Of a stretch of DNA of 64,000 nt, positions 46,367-57,914 are shown in pieces. The translations under genes and the position numbers were made by a program. A model generated the notes under the pieces. It ran no database searches. It was not told the DNA's origin and saw nothing but the letters and a program-made list of their open reading frames with translations. Within the stretch, counting starts at the first letter, position 1. Each line of letters begins with the position of its first letter. The DNA lies in the NCBI GenBank assembly GCA_030704615.1, contig CM060731.1:38316001-38380000 (forward strand), in the 5' to 3' direction. The stretch comes from Takakia lepidozioides (taxonomy: Eukaryota; Plantae; Bryophyta).

Positions 46367-48776
46367 ATGAAACAGGAACTACCAAGACAACCTGCCTCTA
46401 TCAGCAATGAAACTGCCGATGGAGAACCTATAACAGTTGAAGAAGTGATTGAGAGAATTGGTAGGTTTCTCTGCGTCATCTTTGAATTAGTGTAACTCTC
46501 TGGTTTCTTTGTATGTGTAGATCCAACCCTTCAATGAGGGCTCGGATGGGAACAGATGTGATTGCTGATTGAAGCGTCAAATGGGTAGGGCACAGGATTT
46601 GGAAGGTTTCAGCTAGGGTTGGTGACATACACAGGCCTGGCATGGCTAGCTGACGCAGCTGAGATGATTCTTCTCTCTTTCATTGGTCCTGCAGTATAAG
46701 CCTGTCATTTCATGCATGATCCTTAATGCAGAGGCTAGTCAGTGCGCATTTGGTCATTTGTTTCTCAGTGACATGGGGCATGTGTGAAGAGAGCAACTTG
46801 TAACAAATATGTGGTCAATCACCTGAGGGTCCATACAAGTAATTTAACTTAGTTCTCTCAAATTAGTCCTCTAGCAGTTTGTTGGGGCTATCTCGTGTCA
46901 CCCCTCAATTATGAGTTCAGAGTTTACAAGGCTCCTATGTTCATGTGACTTGACAGATTCCACCTAAAATACCATGTAAATGTTGCAGAACTCATTGCAC
47001 ACGTGTGCAGTGCACAGTTTAGTGATTGTTGGATTGGTGTCTGATGTTGCAAGGATGGTATGGCAGGCAAGGTGCGAGTGGCAGCTGTCCTCATTTGGAG
47101 AAAGCGCCATCTCCAGTGCTGTTTTTGCTGGCTTCATCCTGTACCTCCTCCCCCGTTCATCCATCTCCAGCCTCTTTATATACGAATTTAGCTGTGAGGA
47201 GTACACTTCTTGTATGGTTTGTCCATTGAATTGAACAGCGTTTTGTCTACGGACTTCTCTCTTACCCATCCGCCCAGTGCCCCCTTCCCCCCCCCCAACC
47301 AACAGACATAAGCACATGCACACACACAACATCCTGGACCCCCCTCAAGTATTAGTGTGAATGAGCAGGTTCCAAGACAAGGAAATATTTTCAGTAGATA
47401 TAAATTGCAACCTGGACTGGCTGCATTGGTTGTCTGGATATATTTGCACATCTACTACCTTGTTAAGTACCATGAGATGTTTTTTAACATCACCAGGCTT
47501 GAGCTGCCCAGCTGTAGGTTCTCATCTGACAACCTTCATGGTTCTTATCACTTCAACTTCATTTGCTTTACTCAGAATACCTTGATTATAGGTGACAAAG
47601 TGGATTAACAAAATGATCTACAGCTCTTGCATGGGGTGAACTAGACCTCTGGTTGCTTGCCCTTCATCCTCTACCATGAAAAAGCTTTAGGCTAAGCACT
47701 GTAAAGTTTGGCTTGAATGCAAAGCAACCAGGTATTGATAGGCGTCGGGCTGTGATGCAGAGATGCTTATTGTTGGGGTCTTGTGTCTGATGTAAAAGGG
47801 CGTCGACTTGGATTTCTCACAACAGCTCTCTTTGCATTCTTCTTTGGTATCTTAAGGTATATTTCTTCCTTATGTCTCCCGACCTTCCTTACTAAGTGAA
47901 CCGTCATGACATTTCCGCGCTACTAAGTTTGTGTCCCTTGTTCTTCTTCACTCTTCTTTGGAAGAGTGATGTGATTCCCTTCCTCTTTGGGGAGGATATC
48001 GCTGAAAATCTGTTACTAGGTTCGTCCCAAATGTCCAGTAAGGTAGTTGAAACGAACCCTATAACTATCATGGAATCACTTCTGCCAGTGTTGTTGAAAT
48101 CAGATTGAGACAAAGGAGATTTAGGCACGTTGGTAACAGAGGAAATATTGCTGAAAGCTTGAGTCGAGTCCTTGATAATCTACTCTGAGCTTCCTTGCAG
48201 CTCAGCTACTTTCAGGGTGGAGCCCTATTTTGCACATTGCTATTCAGCTCAGTTTTGCAAAAATTAGTTGTCTGCATAGGTGGATTCCACTTATCTTTTG
48301 CTGATTCTCAGCGTCTCTTTAATCAATTCCTTCTATCTGGATTCAATGTTTCACGATTCAAAGTCAAAAACTGCTAACGTCATTAACGGCTTTTGCAGTG
48401 CTTGGTCTCCAGCATTCTGGTGGCTTCTGCTGTCTCGAGCATTTGTTGGTTTTGGACTTGGTGGTGCATCTGTAAGGCCCCTTTCAGCACACTGTTTGAA
48501 GTTATGTCGGATGAATTAGTTATCTACACTAACTACATATACATGTTACTGGTAGACAGCAGGTGACAGCCAGCTGCTCTCGGTCATATTATCTCTTAGA
48601 ACCATGCAAGAACCACATCAGCCCTTCAGTGTTTGAGATGTGTCTTGACACTTCCATTACTAGTTTACCACACGATTGGGGAAAGAGAAGAGGGGGCCTA
48701 GGCTGTGTGCTTAGCAGCATGTGGTTCCGTTTTTAGTTTGTAAGTCTACGTTGGTTTGGTGATGCAGGTTGTGTAG
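46367..48776 (+). CDS. N-terminal part (TM1-4, ~145 aa) of an SVOP/OCT7-like MFS transporter; truncated or chimeric
   Basis: Exons 46367-46460, 46596-46693, 47067-47140, 47761-47856, 48399-48471 splice in frame: [15 protein letters not shown]...[15 protein letters not shown]...[24 protein letters not shown]...[15 protein letters not shown]. The next acceptor (48767) gives VV-stop directly before the nuclease ATG. No later transporter exons were recognised. Confidence 0.8.
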
Positions 48777-49695
48777 ATGGCGTTATACCATGGCGGGGAG
48801 AATGACGTCGCGTCTGTGTCATACCGTCCAATTTCGAGGGATACAAGTCCAATTTCGGGATATCCTAACATTCGTCCACTCCGTTTCACAGACTTGGGTG
48901 CTTTCCAGGAGATATGCATGGCGCGCTTGAGGAGCTTGATTGAGGGAATAGGGACATCTCAGCACTTGGCTTTTAGAGATGTCAGAAAAGAGACTGTTGA
49001 TGAGATTGACAGGATGCGCCAAGAGGGACATGGATGGCTACCCCAGATGACCATTCTGTACGACGGGAGCGATGAGGCTCTCATTGTGACTCTCATGGTT
49101 GGTGTAATACATGAGCTCGGGGCAACAGAATTTGCTACGATGTTCAGAGGTAAGTTGACTGATCTAGGCCTTCCCCGAAATGCCATTGCGGATCTCGGAA
49201 GCTCAAGGTGGGGAGACTCTTCACGCAGATCGAAGGAAGGGGATGTAGCCTTCAAACCTAGGTCTCGTAACAGGCAAGGGGATTGGCCAACTTTGGTGAT
49301 TGAAGTTGGTGTGTCAGAGTTGCTTGCTGAGTTGCATGCTGATGCAGAATTTTGGCTCACCCAAAGTGGTGGACAAACTCGCATTGTCATCGTATTGAAG
49401 ATCAACAAAACGACACAAGAAATTCTTATCGAGCGGTGGGAGACTGTTCCTAGGACACGACCAGCTCGTTCCACTGCTCATTATCATCCCAACATAGGAC
49501 TTATGCAGTCTATTACTTTGCAAGCCAATGCTCCATACCTAGGCTCTCCCTAGGCTCTCCCTAGGCTCTCCGCTTGTGATTCCTGCTGATAAATTCTTTG
49601 ATGTTGTGCCCCAAGGTATTCCCCCAGGCAAATTTCAGTTCACTAGGCAGGACCTCACAGAATTCAGGAATAACTATTGGTCAATGTTGCATTGA
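48777..49695 (+). CDS. Intronless restriction-endonuclease-fold (PD-(D/E)xK/Uma2-like, fungal/Crinkler-type) protein, copy 1; C-terminus cut at 49553 by a repeat-induced frameshift
   Basis: Motifs HE, SKEGDVAFKP, WPTLVIEVGVSE, DAEFWLTQSGG. ctaggctctcc x3 (49539-49571) shifts the frame; the homologous tail (LVIPADK...YWSMLH*) continues to 49695. Confidence 0.75.
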
Positions 49696-52600
49696 GCAAG
49701 TAGGCCAGACCTGGACGTAGGCTTTGCAACTCGCTCCGATATTGTCCAAGAAACTACAAATTCAACAATATCTTTATTTTAACATTTTGATGCTAAATTT
49801 TGAAAAATGCTTGCACATATTGCAGGCTCCATAAGCACAAGACATGATGGGGAGGCTAATTTACATGTTACCATGGATTTCACTGCTCAAAACCTACAGC
49901 ACCTGACAAACCACCTACAAACTTGGGAGAGCTGATCGACAAAGGTTAACTCTTGTTGGTAGCTAAATCGTTCACTGTAAGTGTTGGGACTTGCTGCTCC
50001 CGTCATCTTAAAAACTAGGGGTTTTGCCTTAAGCCATCTGAGATTGGACCACACGACGTAAGCCATGGACAGAGGTCAGACGCATCGCACAGGTCATCAA
50101 GTGAGGCCTAAGCAGACTCTTCCTGGAGAAGTTTCTTGGCAAGGTGGATACATGATGATCATATATCATACCTTCTCCTAGTAAAGCTTAGAAGTACTGT
50201 CTGGCCTGGTACTGTTTTTTGGCTGGGTTGCTGAAAGAACATGTCATTGCCCTTTGAAGAAAAATTTGTATCCAACAGCCATAACTGCTAGCCTTGAATT
50301 GGACTGGATATGCAGGATGAGAGAGAGTACGTGTCAGCAGGTTCTGCCAGCACATTTATGAAGAACTTGGCCTGTACCAAGAATGTGAATAATTCAGCAG
50401 ACTCTAAAGCATTATGACCTGATTTTCATGTGTCAAGACTAATGTTTCCATCCATCTCACCAGCCTTATTTGCCCAGAGACTTGGGTTTTGGCTGTTCGT
50501 GGTTCTGGCATTGCCACCAACGCAGACCGAACCCAATCCTGGTCCTAACAATCCTTCACACTCCCTGAAAACTCTTAAGAGAGCTACTCAGAAGAGGCCT
50601 GCTGCTAATGAAACCATTTTCCTTCTGAGGAGGTACCAAATTCTCAGCCACTCTAGTGATCCTAGTGTGTCTAGGATTTAATCGTGATGGTCTGCTAGCT
50701 TTCATAGATTCTTCTACTGCAAGGCCTGGCAACACTTCTGAATAACCATTTTCAGAATCTTTGCATTCTGATAAAAGCTACGAAGCCTCTCCCACCAGTT
50801 CAAAAAAATGGAGTAAAGGATATGTACTGTAATATCCATCCATTGACAGCTTGTCAGTTTTTATTCTTTCAGTAGGGCTCAAGTAGTAATGTCACAATTA
50901 TGTACAAATAAAACTCGAAAGACCCTCTCAGGTTATAGTCAAAGATGTAGAGGAAGGTACATGCTTGACAAATCACCACTCAGTGCATATTTTGCCCTTG
51001 AATAGTGCTACAGTGGCGACAAAGTTCTGGTGGTTGACGTTAAATGAGTATCTATGGCCAAGCGTGGCCTGGCTCAAAATCTCTTTCCATGCTCTTCCAA
51101 TCACTTCTATTGGAACTTTTTGATGTCCTCATTGGCTAGTCTAAAAGGTGTGTAAAGATGATTGTGTGTGTTTACATCAGTAGGAACGTATGGCAGAAAG
51201 GTAGTCCACATTGCACTTAAGGACAGAAAACCCTGTGTGGCAAGCTAGAGAGCCTTACCGAGAGATTATGAACCACTACATTCTGAAGGCTCTGCATTCA
51301 CAGCTCTGCCTGCACACCAACCAGATCTATTATGGCATCACAATGGCCACTTATCTGTTGACCAACTTGAAGTTCATCCAAATACGTGTATGACGAAAAA
51401 TAACTACACTGCCCATGCAAAAAAGGCAGATGAGCTTATCCTTCACATGTGGGTAGAAGTAGCTCCATGTGTTTCTAGGAGAGTCCAACATGTGTGGGGA
51501 CTGTTGGTCAGCCAAGCCCCAGGGTTGAAGGGAAAGATCTCTAAATCCTGGAAACCTAGAGTCTCCTCTCTGACATATCTATGTGGTCAAACAATGAAAC
51601 GAAACAAATCTTGATGGGCTACCAAAATTGCATTGCATTTGCTAGCAAGTCTGTTGCGCATAACTGAATACATGTTTATACTAAATATATTCAGCTCACA
51701 AATAACTGGATAACGTGAAATTTTCTGTATTAGCTTTTCATGAATATGATAGCATCTATCTGAGTAGTTGGCCCAACTAGAGGGAAAAGAAGGTGGGGTG
51801 GAGTTGCAGGTTCGCAGCATATGGAGCTACCAAACGCAGCCTCACCCAATTCACCAAATCTCTACCGGTTTTTGCATCCTCATCTTCTCCTTATTCAGAG
51901 CTTAAGAAATCAAGAACACAAATTTCTGCCCAACTCATCATACATGTTGAAGGAAAGGAAGCAGATTGATGTCCCACAAGAACATAGTCTCTCAATATCA
52001 TGATCAACTACATCAGCTGACTAGACTGTACTTGTATGCCAATGTCACGAAAGTAGACAAAAGGGTGATTTCCCAAACCTAGGAGTCGGATTGCCATCAG
52101 CACCTGCACCGTCCATGTTGAAAATATGCCCCCCCTGAGGTTGCTCCCTCATTAATCTAATAGCCTGTTCCTCGAATCCCAAACTGCACCCTTGAGACTC
52201 TCAACAAACCTCCCCACAATCACTGCATCCAAACCATGTCTGCTTTTAGTTTAAGAAGCTCTGGGTCAATTGGCAAAGTGAAGGCCCCATGTTGTTGATG
52301 AGAGGGTCCTGCTTTCTCTTCTCTCTCTTGGGTCAATCCTAGTCTCTGACACATGCTACATGGCCATTACCACCTACAGAAGTGAGTCCTACTACTGGCT
52401 CAGTAACAACAGTACTCACTTCCCTATTGTTCCCTCTCCTTTCTGATTGCTTGCACCCAGAATGGCGACTTTAGTGTGATTAGTTGATCACTCTTATTAT
52501 CTCTTTCTGCCTCTACCCCCTTCAATACTACTGAGGCTTGCACAAGGCACTTTCCAGCATAGCCAAATGTACAGGCTGAACCATACATTATTTGGAAATA

Positions 52601-53020
52601 ATTTGCCCAAAGGTGGATTTGGGAAGTCCTTGTGTATCGGTTTGTGGGCTGTGGCCAATCCATGATCACATTGATATAAGTGGTGGTCAAAGAAGGAAAG
52701 GGTAGATCAATTTATGTAACCAAAAGAGATTCAGAAACATGGCATTTGAGCAGTGTCAAATACAGTCACCCTTCACTAGCTAAAGTACCAAGCTGCAGCA
52801 CTGTGCAATGCTTTGAGAGATGATACCTGTCGGCAACTAAGGATTACACCAAGTGTGTTTGTCTCAACAATCTCCCTGCCAAACAAAAGTATGAAGGTAA
52901 GACTCAAGGAAGGGCAAGAACATATGGAATCCATCTATCCTACCTATCCTAGACATGACAAGTATTCAAAAGCACTACTGCTACCTCAAGTCAATGGTGA
53001 ACCCACCAGGAGAAAAACCC

Positions 53021-53860
53021 AGAGAATGTACTCGTAAAACCTTAGCCCCTTTCACGGCACTCTGAGAACAAAACAGGGGGTACCTCAGTGGTAGAGCACC
53101 CCACCGGAATGGGGGAGGTCCTAGGTTCAATCCCTAGCCCGACCACAAATCAGCCTCCACGTCAGCTTCATTTAGCGGAGTCGGTCCTTCCTGCCAAGTA
53201 TTCCAGTACTTGAATATTTCCTCTACCTTTTCCCGCCAGGACTTGGCCTGTTTAACAGGAAGGTCACGCTTCCAAGAAATAGTCGAGCATCTTAGGGTAT
53301 CTGGTATTAGGCATGCGAATCAACTGACCCCACCTTCTGACGTTGAGCTCATCATGTCGAGAGCTCAAGGGTGGTACAAACTCGCCCCGAACAGCCATGT
53401 TACTTATAGAGCATGCGACATGCTGTCTTTAAGCACCGAAAGCTGAATGGGTTCCTACAGTTTTAGCATGGTTGGAGTTGCCCACCCACACAGCAGATGC
53501 ATACTCCAAGGTAGGCCTAATCATGTTGCAAAGCATGGTCCTTTACCTTCAATATTAATCCCTCTGCAGTGGAAAAATTGAGTGAGACAAAGTGTTTTAA
53601 CAACTTTTGGCATATGTGCATCTGAGTTACAACTGGCGGAAAACTCAACAGCAAGATATGGTGAGGTCATCCACAAACATAAGAGCTGGTATGGTGGCAT
53701 CCCCCACCTTTAACCCAAATCCCTTGCTTTCCACCTCTTCAAGGAGCTGATTCATGAAAACCTTGAAGAGCAGTGGGGAGAGGGTACAACCTTGAGCTAC
53801 ACTTGTGGTCAATGTCAAGGAAATTAAACTTGTGGCCTTTGACCATAACACAACTTGTCT
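53021..53860 (-). mobile_element. Internally deleted, degenerate copy of the same LINE family with RT core
   Basis: QGCTLSPLLFKVFMNQL...LMFVDDL (53645-53851); ccaggacttggcctgtttaacagg and actccaaggtaggcctaat match the 36.7-37.7 kb copy; terminal agaatgtactc at 53023. Confidence 0.8.
53074..53145 (+). mobile_element. tRNA-derived SINE head / pseudo-tRNA nested in the LINE remnant
   Basis: A box tacctcagtggtagagc, B box ggttcaatccc, T stem ctagg/cctag and terminal cca. The acceptor stem is broken and the anticodon loop lacks U33. Confidence 0.6.
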
Positions 53861-56403
53861 GCATACAGGTTGAGAAACTTACATGGTGTCAGCATTGCTA
53901 GAATCCACCAGTGGCTTGTATGTATATGCATTCGTGTCGGCATTGTTTATCTGTCCCAATTTGAGCAATCCCTCACAATCAACATCAGCATCTTGCCTGT
54001 TCCCAAATTACTCCAGTGTTTCCAAACATGGGATCATGGGGTTATATCTCACCCAACTTAGCTTAGAACTCCATCAATCACAAAACCAAGAATGTCAATG
54101 CCCAACTTACAAGGGTTCCACAACCATGCTCAAACATTGTGTGAGTGTAGCAGAACAACTGCAAAAATACAACAGTAGAGCCCAGCCAACAGAGAGAGAG
54201 CTGAACGAAGCCTACCCAAATGTCAACATGACCAAGCTTGCTCTTAGCCAAATCAGTTAGTGCTTCTAAGCTTTTCGCATCTCGAACATCACAAGCCTTC
54301 CCCTGCCAGCACGAAAAATGAAGTGACTACTACTGCCCACCTGTCCCATAGGGGCCTTCCAATTGCTACCTGGGTATACAAGCACAACCTACACAAGTAA
54401 AACTATAACCACACTTGGTGAAGAGTGACTTAGGACATGTAGATCTTAGAGAGGGATCACTTGGTACCAAGGGTAGCTTGTTACTTAATCTTAGATATTG
54501 TTCCGGGGTTTGAGACCTGCAGTTTTCTAGACAATGGCTGGTCGGGACCCTTTCATCCAACGAGAGAGGGGAATTAGAAAGGACAAACCCACCCAGACAC
54601 GTTGCTCCCCAAACTCCCCTTTGAGCTCTTGCACTGTGTTCTGAACCCGCTCCTCTGCAAGCAGCGATTGAGAAAGGCCAAATCCAGCCAATTAAAGCCG
54701 GAAAAGAAACAAAGAAAGAAAATTATCATATGATAAGAACGGCAGAGGGATTGCAACCACCACAGCACTGACAGATGGCCATCAACACTCGTTCTGCCTG
54801 AAGCCTGGCTTCCTAGCTAGTTGCAGAAGTGGATGATTACTTGCCATCCATTCTCAGATAATCAACAAGCAAACCTGGAGAATAGTATGAAACTACAGAG
54901 TCCTTCCCACACAAATTGAAGGTCCATCCCTGATTCCAATTAGAATGTACTCATAAGACGTCGTTAGCTGCTCACCTAGTGCTCACCTAAGACTTCCTAC
55001 TGCTCACCTAAGACCTCTGCTACTTAGTCAGTGAGGTCATGAAGTGTCCTGTACATGGACATGTGAAGAAGAGCAGTTTGATGGAGAGGAATTTGAGCTG
55101 ATTCAATTAATGCAGCTATCTCCTCCCGTAGTATTTTCTGTGCTCTCCATCTTGAATATTGTCAATGCCTGCCAAGATAGTGGCCACGGAACCATCCCAT
55201 GGCACCTCACCAGGGAGAACAACCCATGCTGCAGCAGCTTCAACATTTTCTGCTTCAGCCAAGATACCAACCACAACGCCTATCCGTTGGACCTCAGATT
55301 CACTTGTCTCTAATTCTGCCATTGTTGTGGCCAACGACCCATCACCTGACATGACATCTGGGAGAGCAGACAGGGAGCAGACAATGCGTCTTCAGAATCA
55401 ATTGCTTCCAATTTGCCAGAACTGTGGAAGGCAAATCATCTTCTCTCATTCCCTCCAGGGTAGCCATCAACAGTGCAGCAGCTTCGCGTCCTTCAGCCGG
55501 TCTTGGAGATGTTGCACTACCTAATCCTGTGGGTGGCGGTTGTGGCACCATTTCCCTCACTAGTCTGGCCAGGTTTTGAAACTTTCTGTAGATAGACGGC
55601 ACAAAATAAACGGGAGGCTCCAGAGCAAGGTTGTTTCTTATGAAGTTGAATGCTGCAGAAGAGAACATGTACTGATTTTTTCTAATTTCCTCAGTTGGGC
55701 GGATGCCTTGGCTGCTTTGGAAAGAACAGCCTCAAAGGTCTTGTCAATTCCACAAATCAACGCCTTACTTAGTTTCTGTCACAGTTTTCTGTCACCAAAA
55801 TGGTACAACCAAATGTGTTACAGAAGAGATGCATCTATGCAGAGAAGGTACCGAAATGTGCTAGTTGTTATTTCTAAGTTTTCCACTGTGGTTGGACACT
55901 TCTTTTCATAGTCAAATGTACTCAAAGCCTAGGAAGCACTCACACAGAAGAAAAGCAAGTGATCAACTTATGACAGCAAGCAAATCCACTCATCTGCAAT
56001 TGGGAAACAATGACCATCTCCGACCGGCAGCAACCATACAGATAACCTCCAAGGACATTTTGTCCTCTCAATTGACCTGCTCTTTGCTTTCCGATACCAA
56101 TTGTACACTATATTAATTGCGAATACATCCAAATACATACTTTCCTCAACTGCAACCATGTAAGAAAGTGAGTTCCACACTAACATTTGTAACCAGTCCT
56201 ACATCATGGTGAATGAGGGGGCCAGGTAGCCGAGAATCCTGACTGAGACCTCAAAAAACTGAGTTGGCTGATTATGAGTCTGTTTTTTTAGAGACAAACA
56301 AGAGAGAAAGCCTGTCCAACATATGACACTTGCAGAAGTTGCAAAAGTTTCGCAAAGTCAACCTCCAAGCACCTGCAATTTACTCCAAGTCTGGCCTATT
56401 TGC

Positions 56404-57297
56404 TCAATGCAATACTGACCAATAGTCTTCACTGAATTCTCTGAGGTCCTGCGCAGTGAACTGAAATTCACCTGGGAGAACACCTTGGGGCACAACATCA
56501 AAGACTTTATCAGCAGGAATCACAAGCTGAGGGCCATTATATTGAACATTGGCTTGCAAAGTGATAGACTGCATAAGTCCTATGTTGGGACAAGAAGTGG
56601 AACCAACCGGTTGTGTCCTAGGAACATTTTCCCACCGCTCGATAAGAATTTCTTGTGGCCTTTCGTTGATCCTCAATATGATGACTATGCGGGTTCGTCC
56701 ACCACTTTCGGTGAGCCAGAATTCTGCATCAGCATGCAACTCAACAAGTGACTCTAACAGGCCAACTTCAATCACAAAAGTTGGCCAATCCCCTTCCATG
56801 CAAGGAGACCTGGGTTTGTAAGCCACATTCGCTTCCTTCGATCTGCGTGAGGGGTCTCCAAATCTGGTTGATCGAAAATTCACAATCACATTTCGGGGAA
56901 GGCCTAGATGACTCAGCCTATCATTGAACATCCTTCCAAACTCTGTTGCCACGACCTCATGCACTACACCAACTATGAGCTTCACAATCAGAATCTCTTC
57001 TCTCCCATCGTATAGAATCGTCATGCATGGTAGCCATCCATGTCCCTCCTCGCGCATCATGTCAATCTCATCAACCGTCCTTTTTTTTACATCTCTAAAA
57101 GCCAAGTATTGAGATGTCCGTATCCCCTCAATCAAACTCTTCCAGCGGGTCATGCAAATCTCTTGGAAAGCAACCAAGTCCGTGAAATGGACTGGGCAAA
57201 TATTAGGATATCCGGTGAGCACTTCTTTCAAGTTTGAATCCCTCGAAGTTGGACTTGGATCCCTCACGACATTCTCCCAGCCATGGTATAACGCCAT
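56404..57297 (-). CDS. Intronless restriction-endonuclease-fold (fungal/Crinkler-type) protein, copy 2, 297 aa, full length
   Basis: Open ORF from MALYHG, paralogous to copy 1 over its whole length. Motif variants SKEANVAYKP and EVGLLES. A probable 5'-UTR intron acceptor (gtgcag) lies just upstream of the ATG. Confidence 0.8.
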   Translation of the reverse strand: MALYHGWENVVRDPSPTSRDSNLKEVLTGYPNICPVHFTDLVAFQEICMTRWKSLIEGIRTSQYLAFRDVKKRTVDEIDMMREEGHGWLPCMTILYDGREEILIVKLIVGVVHEVVATEFGRMFNDRLSHLGLPRNVIVNFRSTRFGDPSRRSKEANVAYKPRSPCMEGDWPTFVIEVGLLESLVELHADAEFWLTESGGRTRIVIILRINERPQEILIERWENVPRTQPVGSTSCPNIGLMQSITLQANVQYNGPQLVIPADKVFDVVPQGVLPGEFQFTAQDLREFSEDYWSVLH

Positions 57298-57914
57298 CTT
57301 GCAGATACTGCACCTTAACAAGCTCAAAATTTACATCAACACTTTAATCATCTTGGAAACAAACGTTCACACAGTCTGTAAAACAACTGCATCAAGTCGT
57401 TCTCAAATGCGAAAGAATTGACAGAAGAATCAGCAACCCTAACCACTCCCCTAAAACTAAACATAACGCTGCCCCCAAACAGACATCCAACCGCAAAGGA
57501 ACCAAAGGAGACCACAGGCCATAATTGCAACCTCTTCTGCTCCCCTCCACTTCACCGCTCACTGGTGCCGCCCCCGACCTACGAAGCCCAAAAAGGCCAT
57601 ACTCGTATACTATAACGGGATATGAAATATTCTTGATCCCGGGTAAGATTCCAAAAGCCCGGGGATAAGATTCTCATGCCTGTGGTTTGATTGAAGAACT
57701 CTAATATTCTTGGAGCTGGTCTCGGTTGGGGAGAAGATGTCCGCGAGAAAGGATTTGCAGGAAAGGAGGATCGAGAGGACGGCCATTTAGCAAAGAGAAG
57801 CAAAGCGAGCCCCTGTGAAGGTGGCCACATTGCAGAGTTTTTTTGCGCACCGTTTCGGTGGTCTCACCAGTTGTTGTTGCTGCACACATCAAGAAGCAAA
57901 ACTGTTTTGTCTCC

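Noticed and set aside
53074-53145. Functional tRNA-Ser(GGA)
   Set aside because: The acceptor stem does not pair, U33 is absent, the anticodon stem is mismatched and there is no long variable arm.
51200-56200. Genes among the short ORFs between the two nucleases
   Set aside because: Only degenerate retroelement-like fragments were seen, with no coherent exon chain.
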